Source: a virus (Duplodnaviria; Heunggongvirae; Uroviricota; Caudoviricetes). Taken from it: a stretch of 54,109 bases of DNA. The translations under genes and the position numbers were made by a program. The stretch is taken from IMG/VR virus record IMGVR_UViG_2937142334_000003; one strand, written 5' to 3'. This document shows, in pieces, positions 37,597 through 46,492 of the stretch; within the stretch, counting starts at the first letter, position 1, and every line of letters starts with the position of its first letter. The notes below the pieces were generated by a model. That model saw only the letters and a list, made by a program, of their open reading frames with translations, was not told the DNA's origin and ran no database searches.

Positions 37597-39312
37597 TTAT
37601 TTGTGGAATAAAGCATCTGCTGTGCCATATCCGTATTCGCTCTCTTTTTTCGCAGAGAAGTTTGTTGTTGGAACTCCTCCACGCTTTGGAGTAGAAAACT
37701 CATTCTTGTTCTTTGAATAAATTGCGTAGGCAATTTCCTTTTCAACATCTTCGACAGACATTTCTGAGAACTTGCCACGAATATCTTTCATTTGTTCTGC
37801 CGATAACGAAGTCTTAACATCGTTTAATGCCTTTTCCTTTTTAGACATTTCAATGCTGTTCTTGTATTCCGTTAATTCCGCAATTTGTGCTTCTAAATTA
37901 GCTAATTTATTGCGATCTGACTCAATCTTGTTTTTCTCTTCTTGAGTGACATACATTGAGAAAACCTCTGTTTTATCCCCCAACTTGATTGAGTCATCTG
38001 CATTTACGCTGTAATCAATCCGATACAGCTTACTGTCATCAGAACTCCAGTTAACTGACTTGAAGATTCCGTAACCCTCAAAGACTTCAACTGGATAAAT
38101 ATCGGTATTTCCACCAGCGTTAAATTTGTTACGTACCGCTTGTGATAATGCATATTCGCGATCATTAAGATTTAGTTCGAATTGTGCCTTCTTCTTGTTT
38201 TTTTCTGAGCCACAAGCGAACTTGTCTTTATCCTTTTTGTCGTCCCCATCTTCCGTATCGTCTTCGGAATCATCATTACCATCGTCTTTTTTGCAAGCGC
38301 TTTCATTATTATTTAAAGAAATACCATCTTTATCGTCCTTATCACTGGACATTTCTGCATTGTTGTCTTGATCTTCTGTATTATCTCCGCTAGCTGGTTC
38401 GGCACCCGATGCATTAGCTGGCGCAGCCTTATCGGACGTAGAAGTACTGGTTGACGTCACAGAACTAGCCTTTGAACTATCTTCGCTTGCACTTGATGCA
38501 GGCATTTCGGCTGGTTTAGAAGCGCTACTGGTTGACGCAGATGAAGCAGGTGTAGCTGACTTTGCGGTCTCACTAACAGCACTTGATTTTGGTTCCGTAG
38601 CCGTTGAAGTATCAGACTTTGGTTCTTCAACTACCGTTGCTCCGTTTTCTTGTTTTTTCTTAGTCGCCAAAGCTTTTTCTCCTTTCTCAGCCGAAAACTC
38701 GGCTAACATTTCTTTAAAAGTTGACTTAAAGTCTTCTTTACTAAATACTGTTGAAATCGCTGAACCAGTCATTGCTGGCGGTACATCATCACCAAGAATA
38801 CATAATCCAGTGAACATAGCACTTGTAAATACTAATCGCCCTCTGTTGTCTGTATATCCTTCAACGTTTCCCACTTCCATTGATTGCCCTTTAGAACCAC
38901 TTGCATCGTTAAATAGTTCTATAGCGTCAATGAATCTTGTCCAGAGATAGCCATCGGTCACTAGCCATTCTTTGCCACCAGTAACTTCGAAATGAGCATT
39001 ATTATCTTCTGGAACAAACCCATACGCATGAGTATTAAACTTGATCTTGAATTTTCCATCAGTAATGTCCAATGTCTTTTCATGGCCCCTAAAGTCGCTT
39101 TCTCCATTAGAATTTTCACTAATCAGACCCAATATAGGAATATTCGAAAGTGAGGGAATCATATTCTCCAGAACATCTTTGGAAAATACAGAATTATTTA
39201 AATTCTCACCTGTATGAGCTATATAAATCTTCACTTTTTGGAAGCGAGAATCCGTATTAGATTCAAGCTCTTCAAAGTGAGTTGGTAACTTTACTGTCGT
39301 TACTTCAATCAT
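37597..39312 (-). CDS. Prohead protease / scaffold protein (YonD-like)
   Basis: N-terminal domain (IAHTGENLNNS...GQSME...FTGLCILG), low-complexity middle, coiled-coil C-terminus. Confidence 0.7.
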   Translation of the reverse strand: MIEVTTVKLPTHFEELESNTDSRFQKVKIYIAHTGENLNNSVFSKDVLENMIPSLSNIPILGLISENSNGESDFRGHEKTLDITDGKFKIKFNTHAYGFVPEDNNAHFEVTGGKEWLVTDGYLWTRFIDAIELFNDASGSKGQSMEVGNVEGYTDNRGRLVFTSAMFTGLCILGDDVPPAMTGSAISTVFSKEDFKSTFKEMLAEFSAEKGEKALATKKKQENGATVVEEPKSDTSTATEPKSSAVSETAKSATPASSASTSSASKPAEMPASSASEDSSKASSVTSTSTSTSDKAAPANASGAEPASGDNTEDQDNNAEMSSDKDDKDGISLNNNESACKKDDGNDDSEDDTEDGDDKKDKDKFACGSEKNKKKAQFELNLNDREYALSQAVRNKFNAGGNTDIYPVEVFEGYGIFKSVNWSSDDSKLYRIDYSVNADDSIKLGDKTEVFSMYVTQEEKNKIESDRNKLANLEAQIAELTEYKNSIEMSKKEKALNDVKTSLSAEQMKDIRGKFSEMSVEDVEKEIAYAIYSKNKNEFSTPKRGGVPTTNFSAKKESEYGYGTADALFHK

Positions 39313-39326
39313 TTGTTTGACCCCAC

Positions 39327-40892
39327 CTATTGAGCGTCATTGAGCCGGTCAGTGTCATCCGTTGGATTATCTGTTTCTGGTCGGCCAACGTTACCCTTAT
39401 TTGGATTGTTTATATTGCTATTAGGCGCTTTAGGTGTCGCCTTTCCACTGCTATTCGCAGCTTCTTTGCTTGAAATGGTATTAGACGTTGGTTTAACTAC
39501 CATAATTGAGTCAATGTCCAATGCCTGTTGTTCAAAACTTAATTGTGAAATTACCTGATCTGGAGTAAATCCAACAGATGCTAAGTAATCAAGTCTTGAC
39601 CCACCATAACTAAGCTGATCTTTATAGTTAGCAATATCTTCTTTTAAGGTGAAGTTCGATTCTCTAATGAACTTCAAATTCCAAGGAATCTTGTTCTGAG
39701 TCTTAACTTGGCTAAGTTCAAAGTTGTAATATGCTTCAAGCATTGGGAATAAGTTTGTATAAATCCAGTTTGAGTCCTTTTTTACTGATTCCTTTACAAT
39801 ATTTGAACTAGTAGTTTTTCCACCAAATAGTGAGGAACTAATACCCAAGTCGTAAAATAACTGCTCCAGTCCATTATTTACAGTGTCGTACACACCTTCG
39901 TTACCAGACCCTTTTAATGGGACATTATCTAACGAAGATGGACTCGTAATAGAGACAACACCATCTGGTAATCTTGACCTCATTTGATCGTCAAAATTCC
40001 GAGCAGTTTTAAGATCCAGTGTTGGCGCTCCGTTACTATCAGTTGGTAGTTTGGAGTGAATAATTCGGATCGTATCAAGCTTATCTTTAATATCAATATT
40101 ATCTTTAGCAGCATCTAGTGAAAGACTATCTGCTAAAACACTTGCGAATGGTGAAATCGCAACTCCACCGTTATTTATTGCGTTATGGTCAAATGTAAAA
40201 GCAAATCCATCATCTGAGACCATATACCACTTACGGTCATACCAATCTTGATCATCATCGCTAATACTATTGTCATGATATTTATCAAAAGCTTGCTGAA
40301 GTTCATTAGGTAATTCGTCATATTGTTCTTGCTTTAGTTTGGAAACATCGACTCTAAAACGATATACACCATTTTCTAAGTTAGAAATACGACACCACTC
40401 TGGAGGAAGCTTCATGTAAGCTATACCCGTAGAATCTTCAATCTTCACATAGAACGTAACCCCATCAATCAATGTGTCCTTGAAGAACTTAGGAGCCCAA
40501 TAGTTGACATTTAACATATTGAGCTGGTAGGCCATATCTATGTAATCTTGTTGCATATTACCTGCAATAGCATATTGTTTATTACCAAGTACAGGATATA
40601 TTGAATAATTGTATGTCGGGTGTGCTACGTAATAATCTATGACACCGCTTACAATTCCGCTGTTTAAATATGCCTGTCGTAACGTTGCTGCTATTGTGGC
40701 AAAATTATCGGCAGGTCTCTGTAAATAGCTCTTTATATTTTTCTTTTCGGTAGCTGCGTTAGTACTTGGCTTAAACCGGCTCTTGGGATCCGCTAAAACA
40801 GAAGCATATTCAGCGTTTCTTCTACGAATGCTTGCTATATTTCGCTCATAGGTGCGTCGTCTCCCTCGCATATTTCTGCGTTTATTTTTCAA
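39327..40892 (-). CDS. Portal protein
   Basis: 521 aa immediately after terL; typical size and position. Confidence 0.75.
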   Translation of the reverse strand: MKNKRRNMRGRRRTYERNIASIRRRNAEYASVLADPKSRFKPSTNAATEKKNIKSYLQRPADNFATIAATLRQAYLNSGIVSGVIDYYVAHPTYNYSIYPVLGNKQYAIAGNMQQDYIDMAYQLNMLNVNYWAPKFFKDTLIDGVTFYVKIEDSTGIAYMKLPPEWCRISNLENGVYRFRVDVSKLKQEQYDELPNELQQAFDKYHDNSISDDDQDWYDRKWYMVSDDGFAFTFDHNAINNGGVAISPFASVLADSLSLDAAKDNIDIKDKLDTIRIIHSKLPTDSNGAPTLDLKTARNFDDQMRSRLPDGVVSITSPSSLDNVPLKGSGNEGVYDTVNNGLEQLFYDLGISSSLFGGKTTSSNIVKESVKKDSNWIYTNLFPMLEAYYNFELSQVKTQNKIPWNLKFIRESNFTLKEDIANYKDQLSYGGSRLDYLASVGFTPDQVISQLSFEQQALDIDSIMVVKPTSNTISSKEAANSSGKATPKAPNSNINNPNKGNVGRPETDNPTDDTDRLNDAQ

Positions 40893-40907
40893 AACTCCAC
40901 CGCCTAT

Positions 40908-42935
40908 TTAGAGCATGAAGTAAGCATAATTATTAGATGCTTCTTCTTTTAATTCTTTTTCTAATTCATTTGCATAGTAATTACAGTAAGCAATCGAACT
41001 GTACCTATCCTTAGTCGTTGTTCCGACTTCGTAAATCTTGATATATCCAGTTCTAACGGTATATTCAAGGTTTACCAATTCGTTGACCAATGCAGTCGCT
41101 TGAACATATGGATATAAGACCTTAATTTGTTCTTCGGCCGGCAACTTTCGATATTCCTTATCTTCCTGTAATTCTTCGCGCTTTTGAATGTCATTCATAG
41201 GTAATCTGAGTTTTCCAGATTCAATGACATTCTTTAGGGAAACTGCAATTTCGTGGTTGAAAGCCGCATTTGCCTTAACCGTATATACACATTTAATTCC
41301 CTTAGTTTTTGTTCTATCGTTTGTTTCGTCATCATTGATACAAGCCCAGGCTGGATATTCTATATCACGATCTTTATCTGTAAGGACGGTTGTACAAGCA
41401 TCAAATACTCCTAACCCATTACCATTCGCATCCATAACTACATAATCAGCTTCAAAATCGTAATATAGTTGTTTTAAACGAATAGCTAAGTTCTCCGAAG
41501 AAATTGACTCTTGAATACTTTCCAAATAGACAACCTGGCGCTTATATTCATCACCCTCACGAATTAACCTCATCAACGTAAATGCTGATGTATCGTTCTT
41601 AACGAGCTTATTTCCACCCATTAAGGCAATATCAAGGGCTACTATTCTAATTTCATTTACTTTATCGACACGTTTGAAATTCGATAACGTTCTAGGCTTT
41701 GATCTATGCTGATTCTCAACAAATTCTTGATTTGTAGGTGGCCTAAATGTCTTTCCCACCGTTCTAGTCTTGTTCAACGGATCAAGTTTAAAATAGGCTT
41801 TATCACTTTCTCCAACGAATATGGCTTCATATTCCATATCAAAACTTGTTTGATCGAATGTGTCACTTGTTCTTTCAGCATCAACCGCACTTTGTGAAAG
41901 CAATCCACTTTTGATTGACAGCTGATATGGAAGTATGGCAACAAAATAACGCTTATCTGAACTCGTCATCTTGTTGAAATAATTCTTGAATTCGTCCCAT
42001 ATCCAGTGAGATTTATACCAAGCAGACGAAATATAAATCTGCTTGTTCTCTTCTCGCTTTAAATGACTATATTCTGGTTTTGATAAATAAGGTGGCTGAC
42101 GGTAAACATTAAGCATTGGCTTTAGAATCTTGTCCAATGTTTCTTTCTTAATCAGACGAAACTCATCACAGATTAAGATATTACAACGTAAACCACGAGC
42201 ACTTTCACCTGAAGTTGCAGCAAAGATTCTTGATCCATTTTTGAATTCTACCTTTGCCTCATTTATCGTTGTTTTAATATGATCCTTTTTATTACCTATT
42301 TCGTATCTAACTGCTGCTGATTGATCATAAAAATCTACTATCTTTTGTGAAATTATATTTGCTGCCTGTCCTTTTGTTCCGCTCGATAGAACAATCTTTG
42401 TTCCGGGGTACAAAATACACCGAACAATACAGTACAAAGCAATAATCCAACTTTTTCCTTTGATTTTGTTAACATAGATGCTTTTTATCATCTACTTCTT
42501 ATGGTTTCCCATAAGTTCGGCATAACTTTTCACCTACAACGTTACTTGTTTAGGGTGGCGGCCTCGTGGCGATGTTATATTCTCATATGAGGTTCTTTCG
42601 CTATGCTCTGCCCCTGACTAGGTTTTTGATCTAGCCTTCGGTTCTGATTACCATATCATTAGACTTAGGCTTCCAGCTTAATTCCGCCATTCCACACAAT
42701 ATTTCTATTGATCGGGGCAAGGTATTCTTGTTCGCCCCCGAGCAGCTATGTACATGAAGAAATCAACCTTATTCATCATGTAAAACAATAATTTCTGATA
42801 TAGTTTTAGATCTATACCTAAGTAATCTTTTACGAATATCTGCGGATTCCTTCGCCAATATCCGACCCATTTCATTAAGTTTCTTTCTCTCTTTTGAAAG
42901 TAGCTTACTCTTTCCTGTGTCTTCTTAGTCTTCAT
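40908..42935 (-). CDS. terL: Terminase large subunit, two exons (42935-42734 and 42460-40908; 584 aa spliced)
   Basis: Joined Walker A AARGQGKSW; Walker B ILICDE; nuclease motifs VALDIAL, VMDANG, KDRYSS. Confidence 0.9.
42461..42733 (-). ncRNA. Group I intron (273 nt, no ORF) in terL
   Basis: P2 CAAUA-GAAA-UAUUG; P3 UGGCGG/CCGCCA; P4-P6 with AA joiners; P7 GCAUA/UAUGC; P7.1-type extension; P9 CUUAUGG-GAAA-CCAUAAG; IGS CCUUGCCCC. Exact junctions are inferred. Confidence 0.85.
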
Positions 42936-43701
42936 AGAGACTTTCGACCTCCTTTTCAGAGGCCCTTCCAAAAGTTCTCTTCATAGGAATTACAAACCAC
43001 TTATTAATATATTTCTTTAATCCAGCAGTATCTTCGTACTTATCACTGTCTGGTACTGGTTCATTCAGCTCCCAGGCTTGAATTCTTTGCCCTAATGATT
43101 TTCCACTGTCATCATTCCCACTAAGTACAGCATCAAACCCTAAATCCTTTGAATCTTCTGAATATGCTTTACGTAAGGCAGTGATCGCCTTAGAGTCCCC
43201 ATCCATAAACGCCTTATCCAATGCGTCCTTCAACTTTACATTGGCAACATATCTCTGAATCTCAAATGCCGTTGTTGCCGGTTTAATTGCAATAAGACCT
43301 TGTAGCACATTCTCAAAATAAGCATATTCTTCTTCGTTATATCCCTTACCCCATCTACTTTCTAATTCGGGGGTAATGCTTACTGTTTCCTCGGCATGAT
43401 CTGTTGTGAATACAGAATCAGAGAAGGTCTTGAAATTCTTATACGGAGCTATTTTCTTTAAGTATTCTCCAAAATTAGGATTCTTACTTGTTCTCTTTAC
43501 ATCGATGTAAAGGTTCTTGACAAAGGGAACATTTGCGAACTGTGCCATTTCAATAACCGAATCCTCATTACTAAAATCAGCTACCGTATTGGCACAATCA
43601 CGACAAATAGAAAAACCATTGTCGAATAATAAGTTCTTGTGTCTTAAAAGTTGGTTAGACCTTTTTTCTTTACCACAGATGACACATATTTTCCCTGCCA
43701 T
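42925..43701 (-). CDS. Zn-finger protein upstream of terL, candidate terminase small subunit (YonG-like)
   Basis: 258 aa; CxxC...CxxC N-terminus; overlaps terL start. Confidence 0.55.
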   Translation of the reverse strand: MAGKICVICGKEKRSNQLLRHKNLLFDNGFSICRDCANTVADFSNEDSVIEMAQFANVPFVKNLYIDVKRTSKNPNFGEYLKKIAPYKNFKTFSDSVFTTDHAEETVSITPELESRWGKGYNEEEYAYFENVLQGLIAIKPATTAFEIQRYVANVKLKDALDKAFMDGDSKAITALRKAYSEDSKDLGFDAVLSGNDDSGKSLGQRIQAWELNEPVPDSDKYEDTAGLKKYINKWFVIPMKRTFGRASEKEVESLYED

Positions 43702-43713
43702 TGACTCACCTCT

Positions 43714-43884
43714 CTACTTCATAATTGCTTCGTGAGTTTGTGCTAGATTTCTTAATATGTGAGCATACCGGTCAAGGTCTGCCATGTTATGAATTGATAG
43801 TTCTTCGCACGCTTCAATTTCGTCCATTTTTCTAAGCACGAACTCAACATGCTTCTTGAGGGCGACATCAATATCTAACTTCAT
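43714..43884 (-). CDS. Small hypothetical protein (56 aa)
   Basis: Hand translation MKLDIDVALKKHVEFVLRKMDEIEACEELSIHNMADLDRYAHILRNLAQTHEAIMK; RBS GAAGGGG. Confidence 0.55.
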   Translation of the reverse strand: MKLDIDVALKKHVEFVLRKMDEIEACEELSIHNMADLDRYAHILRNLAQTHEAIMK

Positions 43885-43900
43885 ATGATTGTCCCCTTCG

Positions 43901-44028
43901 TCACATAACTTACGCTCGTGTAGTTTTCATAACAGACAATAATCTCAGTTTCATTTTTTATTTGTTATTAAGGAGGTTTTCACTGGTTATTATCTGCTTT
44001 GAAAATCACACGAGCGCTTCCGTGTGAC
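43901..44028. other. About 130-nt imperfect long hairpin
   Basis: Nested complementary arms TCACA/TGTGA, CGCTCGTGT/ACACGAGCG, TTTTCA/TGAAAA, CAGA/TCTG, CAGT/ACTG. Confidence 0.6.
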
Positions 44029-44121
44029 ATTATTTAGTTTGGACTGCTTAACCAACCCAACAGCCCGTTCGATCGTGGGTTTTTATAGCTCCATGGACTA
44101 ACGGATGAACTGTTAACTTAA

Positions 44122-44388
44122 TTATTCAGCAATCTTCTTTGATAAAGTTGCCTTGTGTACGTGATGGGCTGGGACTTCAATCAATTCACCAGTTACACCA
44201 AATACACGCTTGTAAGCTTCTTTGTATTTACTTTCAAACTTTGCAAAGCCTGTAATATTTACTGACTTGTTATCCTTCATAATAGACTTGATACCATCAG
44301 TAAAGGCATCCACAATCTTCTTAGCTTCAACCTTTGTAGTTTCTTGTTGCTTTGCAATAATTTCAATTAAATCTTTCTTGTTTAACAT
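44122..44388 (-). CDS. hup: HU-family DNA-binding protein (divergent)
   Basis: 88 aa; MLNKKDLI..IA...V.ITGFAKF...TGE.IEVPA pattern. Confidence 0.88.
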   Translation of the reverse strand: MLNKKDLIEIIAKQQETTKVEAKKIVDAFTDGIKSIMKDNKSVNITGFAKFESKYKEAYKRVFGVTGELIEVPAHHVHKATLSKKIAE

Positions 44389-44535
44389 ATTTTTCTCTCT
44401 CGCTCTCTTGTTAAAATGTTTATTTTATACGGCGAGGATATGTCAGAGTTGAACTGACTAATACCCTTAATCCTCATAACTCCGCGGTTCGCAACAACCG
44501 CGAAGAAAAATGGTACAAACGCAAGTATTTTACGA

Positions 44536-45258
44536 CTAAGCAGATAATTTATTATCTACTTCCTCATTAAGACCGGTGCACCCCTCCTGTGTGCGCACCT
44601 TTTTTAGTGCGTTTTTACAAATTCTTGTAATTTTTTTTGTAACGTTTTGATGCGTAATTCCATAAATATCGGCTATATCGTTAATCGATCTATCTCCATC
44701 AAAATAATTTAAGAATGTCTTATCAGTATTTTTGGTGCAGCCCATTTGAATAATCATCTGAAGTTTCTTTAATCCCTGAATAGTTCTAAACGAATAATCT
44801 TCTAGATCAAGTCCTTTAAGACTTTTATGCAAACCCATCCTGATAAATCTCCTTAGGTCATTTACTGCAAGATTATCAACACCAAATAAATGTTGGATAT
44901 ACTCGTCTTTATCTGAATAGCGTTCGATCTCATATTTTTTCCACGACAAAGGATCTACCCAAGAATCAAGTTGATCCGTTAGCAGAATTGCTTTAGCCTG
45001 CCCTGTTCTATAATAATCATGATCATTTGCGAAAAAGGGATACTCCGTTTTCCCTGGGTTATCAATATCATGACTATGTACTAAATATTGAGCTATTCTG
45101 TCACTAAACCAGCCAGAATAACTCTCTGCCATTGTTCTCCCCTTGTTGATATCGTCGCGATTAATTTCTTCAAAGAATTCAGTGCTCAATTCTCTATCAA
45201 TATTCTCTTTTCTCTCTTCATACGTCATTAATTCAGTATTAAATAGCGTTTTATTCAA
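44536..45258 (-). CDS. Protein with C-terminal sigma4-type HTH, possible transcription regulator
   Basis: SINDIADIYGITHQNVTKKITRICK HTH near the C-terminus. Confidence 0.55.
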   Translation of the reverse strand: MNKTLFNTELMTYEERKENIDRELSTEFFEEINRDDINKGRTMAESYSGWFSDRIAQYLVHSHDIDNPGKTEYPFFANDHDYYRTGQAKAILLTDQLDSWVDPLSWKKYEIERYSDKDEYIQHLFGVDNLAVNDLRRFIRMGLHKSLKGLDLEDYSFRTIQGLKKLQMIIQMGCTKNTDKTFLNYFDGDRSINDIADIYGITHQNVTKKITRICKNALKKVRTQEGCTGLNEEVDNKLSA

Positions 45259-45351
45259 CTTGTCTTTGTATCCCTTTCTTTATGTAAAATTAATTTATTT
45301 AAATATTTTAGTTGTGATTAATTTTAAAAATAAAAACCGTGTTCGCTGGTG

Positions 45352-45416
45352 TTATTTTACCAAGAATACGGTAGGCAAGTCACAAAACTGCATCTACCGG
45401 TAACGTTTTTTAAAGT
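45352..45416 (-). promoter_or_regulatory. Repeated promoter/operator module, copy B
   Basis: GTGACT-N18-TAAAAT with extended TG; conserved 33-bp core at 45379-45411. Confidence 0.7.
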
Positions 45417-45424
45417 CAAGCTGT

Positions 45425-46171
45425 TTATGCAATTAATTGAATATGTTCCCTTTTGATTTTTGTTTTTATATTATCTCTTAGATTTTCCCAATCAGGAAGA
45501 TCGGCATAATAATATTTACGAACTGTACCTTTTTCTGAGGCACAAAGAAAATAACAAATTAGTTTATTATCCCTCAGCCATTTAAGATGTCGGTCAACAG
45601 TTGTACTAGTTGTATTTAGCATATGGGCAATATATTTTGAATTTTTTTCAACTACAGAGGTGTTTGTGCTTCCCGCATAAACAGTAGATTTCATAGCAGC
45701 ATACACCCCAATATGTTTTAATAAAGCGTCGCCCTTAGAGATTTTAATAATTGATTCTACCGTTACCGGGGAGAGCCTCCCATAGTTATCTTCGACATCA
45801 GGTATAATAATATCTTCTCGGTCTATGTACAACATCGATTTGATAAGTCCAAGACGTTTAAGATGACTTAATGACTTGTTGATTTTACTAATTTTTTCCT
45901 GATAACGTCCTGCTAATTTACTAGTTTTATAAATTAGTTTATATAGGCTTACATCATCTGCGCCAATAACTGTTCTCTTGCCATTATATATAGTTGCTCG
46001 TGAAGACATATAAGACAGATATATAAATAAGCTAATTTCGTCAAAGGTTAGTTTATCATTAACTTCAAGATCGAAATTGATTTGGAATATGGTCTTGTCA
46101 ACGATCCCATATATTTCTGTTTTTGGCAATCCTTCTTTGTAACTATCGTATTTCGCGATTAGATTCATCAA
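45425..46171 (-). CDS. Winged-helix protein, candidate second replication initiator
   Basis: Two HTH-like segments (KISKINKSLSHLKRLGLIK; IAHMLNTTSTTVDRHLKWLRDNKLI); iteron-like repeats upstream. Confidence 0.5.
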   Translation of the reverse strand: MMNLIAKYDSYKEGLPKTEIYGIVDKTIFQINFDLEVNDKLTFDEISLFIYLSYMSSRATIYNGKRTVIGADDVSLYKLIYKTSKLAGRYQEKISKINKSLSHLKRLGLIKSMLYIDREDIIIPDVEDNYGRLSPVTVESIIKISKGDALLKHIGVYAAMKSTVYAGSTNTSVVEKNSKYIAHMLNTTSTTVDRHLKWLRDNKLICYFLCASEKGTVRKYYYADLPDWENLRDNIKTKIKREHIQLIA

Positions 46172-46252
46172 TATCCTCCTGTGATATATGTTCTGAAAAG
46201 CTCCGCCTCCGCGCGGGCTTTTATTTCCCTATTACTCATATACCTTTTCTTA

Positions 46253-46380
46253 TTTATATATTTATATATTAATAAGGACCACGCATTGATAAGAAAATCT
46301 ACACCCTTTCGTGGTCGGGGCGGTAGAAAATCTACACCTTTTCGTGGTCACTTCAACAAAAAAAGATGTAGATTTTCTTA
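46253..46380. repeat. Iteron-like repeats with adjacent AT-rich tract
   Basis: 25-bp direct repeat AGAAAATCTACACCYTTTCGTGGTC at 46292 and 46325; 14-bp inverted copy at 46367-46380; inverted GACCACG at 46277; AT-only tract at 46253-46275. Confidence 0.75.
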
Positions 46381-46417
46381 CCTTTTTGAGTTTGGCGTCA
46401 TATCAACATTCTGGAGG

Positions 46418-46482
46418 TTATCTTACCAAAAATAGCATGAGCAAGTCACAAAATTGCACCTACCGGTAACGTTTTTTTAAAG
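46418..46482 (-). promoter_or_regulatory. Repeated promoter/operator module, copy C
   Basis: GTGACT-N17-TAAGAT with extended TG; core at 46444-46477. Confidence 0.7.
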
Positions 46483-46492
46483 TTAGCGAGAA

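Noticed and set aside
42461-42733. Group II intron, intein or simple frameshift explanation for the split terL
   Set aside because: No GUGYG start or domain V; both exons are in the same frame with stops between; the group I core pairings are clear.
44483-44502. CGCGGTT/AACCGCG hairpin as a terminator
   Set aside because: No U-tract follows on either strand, so its function is unclear.
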